Shown: one piece after another, positions 39,401-50,716 of the stretch
Layout of the letters: every line of letters begins with the position of its first letter
Position numbering within the stretch: position 1 is the first letter of the stretch
Assembly: GCF_023055435.1 (NCBI RefSeq)
Contig: NW_025964334.1
Location: 21,080,001-21,144,000 of the forward strand
Direction of reading: 5' to 3'
Length of the DNA stretch: 64,000 bases
From: Haliotis rufescens
Lineage: Eukaryota
Notes under the pieces: generated by a model
Seen by the model: the letters and a program-made list of their open reading frames with translations, nothing else
Database searches by the model: none
What the model was told of the DNA's origin: nothing
Translations under genes and position numbers: made by a program

Positions 39401-39791
39401 GTATTCGTTTCTGCAGACATTCTAACTCTGTGTATTGATTACACATGCTACATTAAAGCATGTCATAGAGGGCAAACCTAATATTTGGAAAACTGTACAT
39501 AAGGTCAAAGGTTGTTAACTTTCAGAAAATACTCAAAATACTGAAGACATGTCATATTTCTTTTATTTCAGAGCCATATGGAGTAGAAATTGACAAGAAG
39601 TATAAAACACGATGCTCTGTCATTAACCTGAATGTTATGCTTTCTATTAAACTATATGAAATTTAAGGACCATGGCCTTAGGGTATGGAAATTTGTTTCC
39701 TGGTGACATAAGGTCGGTCAATAACCTTCTGTTAAGGTGAGCTTAACATTGTAATTGTATGTATATGTACATCACGATGATCATCCCCACG

Positions 39792-41587
39792 TCACACAAT
39801 TGCATATTCCGTGGATGAAACCGAATAGACCCTATTAATGTCAACATTAATGTCATGTTTATTGTACAATCTCGTCATGGAAAGATAAAACTTAAACTTG
39901 TTGGCTTGAACGAACTCGCAAGCCATCTTGTTTTCAACCGGCTGAGTGAAAATGACCTCTCCGTTTTCTGGCACAAAAGAAGCCAGTTTACAAAACAAGG
40001 CATGAGCAATTTTGTCACTGTCGGCAAAAAGTGGATACATACGAAAGCCAATATCCGCTGCTCTCAGTACCCCATATCCACATATCTTTCCATTCTGAAC
40101 GGCAACAAACGTCTTTGCCTTTTTAAATAAAGCCCAGTTTCTCATATAGGAGGGTCTCGGCAATGTATGAATGTCTGCGTCGTATGTAACAACGTCATCA
40201 AAATTGACGTCTTCTACTGGGATGATATCAAAATCTCCTTTACTCGCTTCCTTCACGAAATCCGGATTTACTGGTCCCATGTTATAGTGGAATGTAAACG
40301 ATGGGATGGTCCATCCAAATTGTTCATAGAACGTGATTCTGTTGGAAAGGGCTGTTCCTCCAACGTTGCGATGTTTCATGACATCCATGACGGACCGAAA
40401 CAGTATCTTTCCTATGCCCTTTCCACGGTATTCTTCTTTGACAACGTTCATTCCCGACGAAGCAAACGTGTCACTGTGTGACAGAATGCCATTGTGCCCT
40501 GAATAAATGAAAGACTACAAAAGTATCAACTTATTACATGCATGAGGGTGAGGGTCTACTGTGTCTACTGATTTAAGACCCGTGAATATCCGGGGTAGAA
40601 TCTTCAGCAACCCATGCGTGCCGTAAAATAGCGACTGTACTTGTCGTAAGAGGCAACTAACGGGATCGGGTAGTCAGGCTCGCTGACTTGGTTGATGCAT
40701 CATGTAGCATGTCATCGTATCCTAATTTGATTGTCTGGTCCAGGCTCGATTATTTACAGACCGCCGGCATATAGCTGGAATATTGTCGAGTGCGGCGTAA
40801 AACAACAAACCAAACCAAACGTCTCCTAATTGCGTGGATCGATGCTCGTGATGTCAATCACTGGATTGTCTGGTCTAGACTCGATTATTTTTCAGACCGC
40901 TGTCAAATAGCTGGAATATTGCTGAGTGTGGTGTTAAACAACAGACAACGTGTGCTAATTTGTGTACTTCCACACTTCATAATTAGCCGAAGGTGAAGTA
41001 AAAGTGTCTTTAAGATTAAAAGCCATGTTTGAATGTTGTTTAACGCCACACTTAGATATATTCCAGCTATATGACGGTGTTTTTTAAGTAATCTACATAT
41101 TTATAACACGGAACAATTGTGCGATATCAACTACAATGAAAACTTTCGTTAAATCACCAAGTAGGCAAGTAATGACGAAATTGCTTGGTCGATCTAGAGA
41201 TCAGACAATATATCAACACTCGTTGATAAAAGTTTAAAGCTTTTCGGCAAGCATCGGCGTTTTAAACTTTTACTACTCGTGTTTATATATTCATATCAAA
41301 AGACACTCGGGTGAGATTCTCTATTAATGTTTAGTTGACGTTATTTCTATCATTAAACAGATGCGTTGTTCGCCTACTGAATGTTTCCCCTCTTCAAACA
41401 CTCTGATCTACAAGTAACATTACTGTTGTGGGGAGTTTGCTGTACCTATAACTTCCCCAGTGGGCGTGACCACTACCACAAGTCCAGAGGGGTCCGTGTC
41501 GAAAATACACTCCAAGTAGTCTTTCTCCATGTTCCACTGGTTGGCCGACGTCAACTCGTACAGGCTTTGAATGTCCTCACGGCGCAT
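39792..41587 (-). CDS. GNAT acetyltransferase copy 5
   Basis: Exons 41587-41446 and 40498-39792. Confidence 0.8.
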
Positions 41588-42380
41588 GCGTCGAACCTCA
41601 TAGTCAACCCCTTCTCGTACAGTGGAAAACCTTAAGTTGTATTCATTGTATTAAACAGTGATTGAACTAAGTATCGACGCTGTGTTATCACTGCTACACG
41701 TAGTATCAGTACTGGCTACATGAAATATATACTTATGGTCAAACGTTCAGCACAACATGCATGAAATTAAACATCAATTTCACAGCTTTCTTAATAATTT
41801 TTAAATATTTAAGGAAAACAAAAAGCTGTTGGTTATAATTTAAATATGTTGATTTACTGCCACTTTGGTAAATGTAATCTGTTATGGCGTTAAGATTTGT
41901 ATATTTATGATGTGAATTTCCATATATTGTTCAGTTTGTCCAGTGGAAATGTCAACAAATGTACTTATACATTTTCACATTTCAATCGCAATGACATTAC
42001 TATTCATTCATAACTTTCCATTTTCACTCCTTTTCGTGAAATGTTTCCTGTCCAGAAAATATCATGAATTGAAAAGTAGAACAGTTACGTTGCCTATTTT
42101 CTTACCATACGTATATGCACATCCGAACTGGCGCAGTCGATGGTGTGGGGATTTAATTCAGCGGGTAAGATACTACCTTCATCATCCAGGCCAGTTGCCG
42201 TTTACAAACAACAATCGATACAAATAATGGGGAAACATGTTTTGTGGGTGAAGGATGAGAGTGAGTGAGTGAGTTTGGTTTTACGCCGCTTTTAGCAATA
42301 TTCCAGCAATATCACGGCGGGGGACACCAGAAATGGGCTTCACACATTGTACCCATGTCGGGAATCGAATCCGGGTCTTT

Positions 42381-42891
42381 CAATCTCATTAAAATCAGAT
42401 GTTAGTTCTTGCTACCGCTAAACAAAGATCTGAGGACATCCAATTAGGGGTCACGTCAGAAGGACCTTTCACCCGACCAATCAGAGCGTAGCTTACCAGA
42501 TCATGAAAGTGACAGTCGGAATGTGATTTCTTATCATGCAACCCCGAAAACTTTTTACACGGGGTATTCCGAACGATAGTTACGAGGTTAACGACTGAAT
42601 CCATACAATCTCGACCATCTAGTAGCCATTCGAGAATGTTCTTTTGTTCAGGTTTCAAATTTTTAATCGAGAATTTGTCAAAATATGTTTCGAAGCGTAG
42701 TCGCCAATTTGAAATTAGTGCCGTAAAACACGAGTAAGCTGCCTTCTGACTGGCTAATGTCGACTTCTCGTCAGTCATTCCATTGGTCGATCAAAGTTCG
42801 CGCAAGGTCGGTCTGACATGACCCGTGATGGGATGTCCTCAGATCTTTGTTTAGCGGTAGCGAGAACTAAGATCTGATTTGAGTGAGATTG
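42381..42891. mobile_element. AcademH-like element, array copy 6
   Basis: Same TIRs and internal sequence. Confidence 0.8.
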
Positions 42892-43282
42892 GTATTCGTT
42901 TCTGCAGACATTCTAACTCTGTGTATTGATTACACATGCTACATTAAAGCATGTCATAGAGGGCAAACCTAATATTTGGAAAACTGTACATAAGGTCAAA
43001 GGTTGTTAACTTTCAGAAAATACTCAAAATACTGAAGACATGTCATATTTCTTTTATTTCAGAGCCATATGGAGTAGAAATTGACAAGAAGTATAAAACA
43101 CGATGCTCTGTCATTAACCTGAATGTTATGCTTTCTATTAAACTATATGAAATTTAAGGACCATGGCCTTAGGGTATGGAAATTTGTTTCCTGGTGACAT
43201 AAGGTCGGTCAATAACCTTCTGTTAAGGTGAGCTTAACATTGTAATTGTATGTATATGTACATCACGATGATCATCCCCACG

Positions 43283-45671
43283 TCACACAATTGCATATTC
43301 CGTGGATGAAACCGAATAGACCCTATTAATGTCAACATTAATGTCATGTTTATTGTACAATCTCGTCATGGAAAGATAAAACTTAAACTTGTTGGCTTGA
43401 ACGAACTCGCAAGCCATCTTGTTTTCAACCGGCTGAGTGAAAATGACCTCTCCGTTTTCTGGCACAAAAGAAGCCAGTTTACAAAACAAGGCATGAGCAA
43501 TTTTGTCACTGTCGGCAAAAAGTGGATACATACGAAAGCCAATATCCGCTGCTCTCAGTACCCCATATCCACATATCTTTCCATTCTGAACGGCAACAAA
43601 CGTCTTTGCCTTTTTAAATAAAGCCCAGTTTCTCATATAGGAGGGTCTCGGCAATGTATGAATGTCGGCGTCGAATGTAACAACGTCATCAAAATTGACG
43701 TCTTCTACTGGGATGATATCAAAATCTCCTGTACTCGCTTCCTTCACGAAATCCGGATTTACTGGTCCCATGTTATAGTGGAATGTAAACGATGGGATTG
43801 TCCATCCAAATTGTTCATAGAACGTGATTCTGTTGGACAGGGCTGTTCCTCCAACGTTGCGATGTTTCATGACATCCATGACGGACCGAAACAGTATCTT
43901 TCCTATGCCCTTTCCACGGTATTCTTCTTTGACAATGTTCATTCCCGACGAAGCAAACGTGTCACTGTGTGACAAAATGCCATTGTGCCCTGAATAAATG
44001 AAAGACTACATATGTATAAACTTATTACATGCATGAGGGTGAGGGTCTACTGTGTCTACTGACTTAAGACCCGTGAATATCCGGGGTAGAATCTTCAGCA
44101 ACCCATGCGTGCCGTAAAATAGCGACTGCACTTTTCGTAAGAGGCAACTAACGGGATCGGGTAGTCAGGCTCGCTGACTTGGTTGATGCATCATGTAGCA
44201 TGTCATCGTATCCTAATTTGATTGTCTGGTCCAGACTCGATTATTTACAGACCGCCGTCATATAGCTGGAATATTGTCGAGTGCGGCGTAAAACAACAAA
44301 CCAAACCAAACGTCCCCTAATTGCGTGGATCGATGCTCGTGATGTCAATCACTGGATTGTCTGGTCTAAACTCGATTATTTTTCAGACCGCCGTCAAATA
44401 GCTGGAATATTGCTGAGTGCGTTGTTAAACAACAGACAACGTGTGCTAATTTGTGTACTTCCACACTTCATAATTAGCCGAAGGTGAAGTAGAAGTGTCT
44501 TTAAGATTAAAAGCCATGTTTGAATGTTGTTTAACGCCACACTCAGACATATTCCAGCTATATGACGGTGTCTTGTAAGTAATTTACATATTTTTTACAC
44601 GGAACAATTGTGCGATATCAACTACAATGAAAACTTTCGTTAAATCACCAAGTAGGCGATGACGAAATTGCTTGGTCGATCTAGAGATCAGACAATATAT
44701 CAACACTCGTTGATAAAAGTTTAAAGCTTTTCGGCAAGCATCGGCGTTTTAAACTTTTACTACTCGTGTTTATATATTCATATCAAAAGACACTCGGGTG
44801 AGATTCTCTATTAATGTTTAGTTGACGTCATTTCTATCATTTAACAGATGCGTTGTTCGCCTACTGAATGTTTCCCCTCTTCAAACACTCTGATCTACAA
44901 GTAACATTACTGTTGTGGGGAGTTTGCTGTACCTATAACTTCCCCAGTGGGCGTGACCACTACCACAAGTCCAGAGGGGTCCGTGTCGAAAATACACTCC
45001 AAGTAGTCTTTCTCCATGTTCCACTGGTTGGCCGACGTCAACTCGTACAGGCTTTGAATGTCCTCACGGCGCATGCGTCGAACCTCATAGTCAACCCCTT
45101 CTCGTACAGTGGAAAACCTTAAATTGTATTCATTGTACTAAACAGTGATTGAACTAAGTATCGACGTTGTGTTATCACTGCTACACGTAGTATCAGTACT
45201 GGCTACATGAAATATATACTTATGGTCAAACGTTCAGCACAACATGCATGAAATTAAACATCCATTACACAGCTTTCTTAATAATTTTTGAATATGTTAG
45301 GTAAACAAAAAGCTGTTGGTTATAATTTAAATATGTTGATTTACTGCCACTTTGGTAAATGTAATCTGTTATGGCGTTAAGATTTGTTTTTTTGATGTGA
45401 ATTTCCATACATTGTTCAGTTTGTCCAGTGGAAATGTCAACAAATTTACTTATACATTTTCACATTTTAATCGTAATGACATTGATAATCATTCATAACT
45501 TTCCATTTTCACTCCTTTTCGTGAAATGTTTCCTGTCCAGAAAATATCATGAATTGAAAAGTAGAACAGTTACGTTGCCTATTTTCTTACCATACGTATA
45601 TGCACATCCGAACTGGCGCAGTCGATGGTGTGGGGATTTAATTCAGCGGGTAAGATACTACCCTTCATCAT
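43283..45671 (-). CDS. GNAT acetyltransferase copy 6 (predicted full-length, about 330 aa)
   Basis: Exons 45671-45591 (MMKGSIL...IRM|GTAAG, less certain), 45137-44933 (after TGTTTAG) and 43989-43283; 993 nt open; differs from copies 1-5 by V>I, K>T and Y>F in the last exon. Confidence 0.8.
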
Positions 45672-45747
45672 CCAGGCCAGTTGCCGTTTACAAACAACAA
45701 TCGATACAAATAATGGGGAAACATGTTTTGTGGGTGAAGGATGAGAG

Positions 45748-45920
45748 TGAATGAGTGAGTGAGTGAGTTTGGTTTTACGCCGCTTTTAGCAATATTCCAG
45801 CAATATCACGGCGGGGGACACCAGAAATGGGCTTCACACATTGTACCCATGTCGGGAATCGAACCCGGGTCTTCGGCGTGTCGAGCGAACGCTTTAACCA
45901 CTAGGCTACCCGACCGCCCC
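45748..45920 (-). mobile_element. tRNA-derived SINE family A, full length (truncated versions end units 1-5)
   Basis: TSD TGAAGGATGAGAG on both sides; A/B boxes. Confidence 0.9.
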
Positions 45921-46029
45921 TGAAGGATGAGAGGGGCCATAAATAAAATATTATTTGTTGATTAAGTTCAGCTTATATAATAAACTGTTTCAAATTCTGC
46001 GACTTGCTTGTAGAAATGGAAACGTGAAG

Positions 46030-46065
46030 TAGAGACCATATAGCGATACCGGTATATGGCCTCTG
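46030..46065. mobile_element. 36-bp palindromic insertion, probable P-superfamily footprint
   Basis: TAGAGACCATATA...TATATGGCCTCTG flanked by the 7-bp duplication CGTGAAG. Confidence 0.6.
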
Positions 46066-46122
46066 CGTGAAGAAGTCAAGATTAAGAACATAATCAAGAT
46101 AGATGTACGTGCTTCTCAATAA

Positions 46123-46149
46123 CAGAGACCATATAATAGATGGTCTCTG
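46123..46149. mobile_element. 27-bp palindromic insertion, probable P-superfamily footprint
   Basis: CAGAGACCATATAATAGATGGTCTCTG flanked by the 7-bp duplication TCAATAA. Confidence 0.65.
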
Positions 46150-46996
46150 TCAATAACGAATGTCCTTTTATCGGGGATACATATATAAAAAGGATGTATT
46201 TCTTTATTAAATGTATAACCTGACTAGTAATAGGAATTCAAAATCGTCAACCGTCGAGTATATATTCTGGTACTGGTTGGTACTTGCGGAAACCCTAAGT
46301 TTGGTTTATGGTCCGATATGCGGTTTCATGGTGGCCGAAAGCCAGTTCACGGTAACCTATAACAAAGTTTAAGTAAACAACCAGTTATATTACAGCTTCC
46401 GCCAGGAAGCATATGTTCGAATAGCGAGATAAGATGGGAATGCTAAAAATAGGGACAAATTAATAAAAACATGTCTTGAAAAATCTTCTTGCGTAATACC
46501 TCTGTCCAATGTGCGTAGCAGGATACGAGCAAATAGGCCCGCGTGTGCGGAACGCAGCCAAAGCCAGTTTCTTCAAAATCTGGGCCATCTTCAGCGTGCT
46601 GACACGTCAGTATCTGTCCCTTTCCCAGACCAAGCCTCAGCGCTACGTGTATCAAGAGGTATGCCTGTTGTACAAGCGCGTAGTTCAACTATCTATGTAT
46701 GTTAACTGTATCTAAGCACGACAAAACGAAACGCGGGACATGTTGTGCCTCACGCCGACCCAGGCAGAGTTTAATGGAACAGATGGTCCCGGGATAATTT
46801 TGGGTGGCGATAACACCGCCTTATCTGTGGTTGGCGGAGTGATCGTAATTGGCGACTACTTCGGCTTTAGATAAACACAGATGCCATCTGCCATGAAGTT
46901 GGCAACTGATAATAACCGAGATATGCCTAATCTTGTCTTTGGTTCACGTTATTCATGCAGTTTACAGAGAATTACGCAGTGTCACTGAATGAAATA

Positions 46997-47250
46997 GTGG
47001 TTGGTTGGTTTGTTGTTTAACGCCGCACTCAGCAATATTACAGTTATATGACGGCGGTCTGTAAATAATCGAGTCTGGACCAGACAATCCCGTGATTAAT
47101 ATCATGAGCATCGATCCACGCAATTGGGATCGATGACATGCATCCACCAAGTCAGCGAGCCTGACCACCCGATACCGTTAGTCGCCTTTTACGACAAGCA
47201 TAGTCACCTTTTACGGCAAGCATGGGTTGCTGAAGACCTATTCTACCCCG
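46997..47250 (-). mobile_element. SINE-like family B copy
   Basis: Near-consensus match. Confidence 0.85.
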
Positions 47251-47407
47251 GAAGAATGAATTAAATAGTGATAAGCTATTGTAACATTTATAATTGTTCG
47301 TAAAGTTTGTGTTGTATATACTGTTAATCTGATAGGTGTCATGCAGCTTTGGGATCTATTCTATGGCTGTATAGTTGCTTGTGCATACGCCCATTGTATT
47401 AAATATT

Positions 47408-47646
47408 GGTTTGTTTGTTGTTGTTTTTTGTTAAACGCGCACTCAGCAATATTCCAGCTATATGATCGCGGTCTGTAAATATCATGACCATCGATCCAGG
47501 CAATTTGGATACGATGACATGCATCAACAAAGTCAGCCAGCCAGACCACCCGATCCCGTTAGTCGCCTCTTGCGACAAGCATAGTCGCCTCTTACGGCAA
47601 GCATGGGTTGCTGAAGACCTATACTTTACCCGGATCTTCACGGGTC
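47408..47646 (-). mobile_element. SINE-like family B copy
   Basis: Ends CCGGATCTTCACGGGTC. Confidence 0.85.
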
Positions 47647-48095
47647 TTGCATTAAATAAGAAACACATCTAGCCATCGAAGGTTATCATTCGGCTTTAAT
47701 TGTCTCTATTGACAGTGGCATTCATAATCCAAAACAATAATAATCTGTCACGGACTTTTAATCTAAACATTCTTTTCGTAGCTACTAGTATATGAACTAG
47801 TATATTGACGATGCGAAAATAAACTTCACCACACTTGAGTAAAACAAGCAGCCATAGTGTTCACATCTCCCCATGTTGACTTCGTGCATATGTATAAAAT
47901 GAGCATATACCACATTAAAGAGGCATTAAAATATGCAAACATCAAACTAAACACTCATGTACTAAATGTACAGCTCAACATTGAAAACATGAACGTAAAG
48001 CTTAGTCAAAACGGGGAATTAAACTGAGTAATTCCCAAACACAAAGAATGTAATGAACTGTGACTTCACTGTGCACAATCCTCTACCGCGGAATG

Positions 48096-48447
48096 ACCGC
48101 CTCCGTGGTCTAGTGGTAGAGCGTCCGCCCGGAGAGCGGAAGGTCCGATGTTCGATCCCCTGCCGCGTCACCTAAAAGACGTTTAAATATGGTACTTGTT
48201 GTTACCCTGTCTGGCGCTCGGCATTAAGGGGCTAAAACAAGGACTGGTCGATCGGAGTATACTGTGTCTGAGTGGGGTATTCATGTTAAACTGCGGCATG
48301 GTATCTCAGTGTGCTAGCACTATAAATCGGCATCAGTCCGGACTAGTACAAGCAGCCACACAAACACACACACGTACATGCACGTCGCTATATAAGTGCA
48401 ATAATCTTGGACGCGACGTTAAACCCCATTTCACCTCACCTCACCTC
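48096..48447 (+). mobile_element. SINE family C, full length
   Basis: tRNA-like head, Meta-like core, (CACCT)n tail. Confidence 0.88.
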
Positions 48448-49149
48448 TACAACGGAAGATTTGGATCACCAGTCGAGGCCTGTTAGTTATAAGAAATACT
48501 CAGTCCACCAGGTGCCTTTGGAAACACGATAGTAATAATGCGCCGAGTGAGAAATCAGACTTACCGGAAGCGCTCGTAAAATATCCGACAAAGCTTTCAT
48601 GTTTATACGTGAAGCTTTTGTTTGTTTGTCTATTGTTTAACGCCGCAGATCTTCACGGGTCTTCTACATAAAGCGGTGTAGCTGACTCGGTCAAGTGGAT
48701 AGATTAACATTTGATATATGAAATGTAAATAGTTGAAAGATTTTTTGTTCATTGTCTTTTCATATGTAATCAGAAGGTGCCCAGTAAATCTCTTCATTTT
48801 TTTAAATCTGAAGAAATCTAGACTTGCCGAGAATTTGGTAGTTTTCTGATGTTTTAGTTTCCGTGTCTGCTTCATGTTCCGAGTCAAGTGTCCACTGGCC
48901 TAAAACAAAGCCTAGTTTCTTCGGAAAGACGAGTCTGCTTGAGAATCTAACAAGTGGGAAATCCCAACCTTTTGGGTTACGATCGCTTTCCCATCTTAAT
49001 ATCTCTCGTTAATACCTTTAACGATTTCGAGAACAAACCCATATTTCTCTTAGGGTTAACAGGCGAACTGGTCAGTTTTGCCAAAGCCTTTCTATACGTA
49101 TACACTCAAGTTAAAGTTATTGTTAAGCTTTGTGAATAATGTTGACCAC

Positions 49150-49400
49150 ATTATCATGTAATGTTGCTTTTCAAATGTTTTCTGGGTTGTCTCGAGTGTA
49201 ATGCCGGATTCATCGGAAGCACATATTAAATCATCATCATTAATACGAATACGACAGCTGATTTTCTTATATGCAATTCCGGCCAACGTTGCACGTACAT
49301 AATTACAGTTGAAAAGTGCTTGAAATTCATCACCAATGTCACTACTATCACACAAATTACATTTTCTTACACCAGAAACTGACCATAACTTCTGCGGTCT
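49150..49400 (-). mobile_element. Decayed non-LTR retrotransposon fragment
   Basis: KCNLCDSSDIGDEFQALFNC resembles the C-terminal zinc knuckle (CxxC..EDEFHFL..C) of LINE ORF2. Confidence 0.45.
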
Positions 49401-49451
49401 ACTTATACTGCTTGGTGTTGTTTTGTCCGTGTTGGGCACTCTGGGTGACAA

Positions 49452-49726
49452 GGGGCCACGGGTAGCCCAGTCGTCTAAGGCGCCGCGATTCGCTATACAG
49501 AGTTGCGTCCCTTGGGTACGCCATGATTGTGGGTTCGAATCCCGGTACGCACCGATTATATTTCTAGGTTTGTCAGCACTGTACCCGTGCTCGTGGGTTT
49601 CACCGAAGTGGTAAACGTCTGAGACCTGCATCACTTCGGGCTTTCCTCCCACATTAAGCTGACACGCCGCGATATAACTCTAATACTGTTAAAAAGTGGC
49701 GTTAAACGCAACTCACTCACTCACTC
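49452..49726 (+). mobile_element. tRNA-derived SINE family D (V-domain-like core)
   Basis: Head GGGGCCACGGGTAGCCCAGTCG..GGGTTCGAATCCC, core GTGGGTTT...GCTTTCCTCCCAC, (ACTC)n tail, TSD about CTCTGG.TGA.AA. Confidence 0.8.
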
Positions 49727-50436
49727 TGGTTGATAACCCTTCTACGTCTGGACAGGGTTTCCCCCCCTCCTGTATTTGTCGACATTATTGTTAATTTGAG
49801 TTAAAGAATTATCTAGTCACGCCGAAGGCCTGCATTCATTCTAGTCCTTGGTCGGGTGTCCCCCAGAGAGGGTATGCAAGACCACGTCATTCGTGGTAGT
49901 TTTTCTCCACCACAATTTTAATCGTAGAATATATGTTCATTTAACTTTGTCTACATTTGTCAATAATCGCCAACAACTGAAGGGATGGTGTAAATCCGGC
50001 TGGGGTCCATGCATGAAGCAAAGGTACTGTAGGTCCCCATGGGCCCTAGTGTGGTAATCTACCTTCAGCTGCTGGAAATCTATAGCCCTTTTTACATACT
50101 GTAACATATAGTGATATCTGTTTATGGTTGTATGCTAGTTTTAAATATTAATCTGTGATATTCTTGTTATTTTACTGTCCATCGATTGCGGGTTTTTAAT
50201 TAACATAAATATATGAATTCTTAATGTAAAATTCCTCGTCAAGATTTGGTTGAAATATTGCCGATGTGACGTAAATATTACTCACTCACTCTGTAAGGGT
50301 ACAATGTGTGAAGTCATTTTGCCACAGAAGCATGCGATCCTTTCACTCTATTTCCAGACAAATGCAGGGTTATATCATCTCGTGACAGATATACGGAGAG
50401 GCGCAACTTGGCGCTAATTTGGCTCTTCGGGAGACC

Positions 50437-50716
50437 CGGGGGCACGGGTGGCCCAGTCGTCTAAGGCGCTGCAATTCGCTGTGCAGAGTTGCGTCCCTTG
50501 GGCACGCCAGAAACTAGCTATGAGGGTTCGAATCCCGGTTGGCCCCGATTATGTTTCTAGGTTTGTCAGCACCATACCCGTGCTCGTGGGTTTCGCCGAA
50601 GTGGTAGACGTCTGAGACCCGCATCACTTCGGGCTTTCCACCCACATTAAGCTGACATGCCGCGATATAACTGGAATACTGTTAAAGCGTAGTTAAACCC
50701 AATTCACTCACTCACT
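50437..50716 (+). mobile_element. SINE family D copy, nested in a family A-like fragment
   Basis: Homologous to 49452-49726; TSD about CTCTTC.G.AGACCC. Confidence 0.8.

Larger units (their letters stand above)
24924..45873. repeat. Tandem segmental array, six head-to-tail 3491-bp units
   Basis: The ORF track repeats with an exact 3491 offset; units start at 24926, 28417, 31908, 35399, 38890 and 42381. Confidence 0.98.

Noticed and set aside
25828-45671. Bacterial contamination or recent horizontal transfer of the GNAT
   Set aside because: The gene has GT-AG introns containing host SINEs and is embedded between host genes
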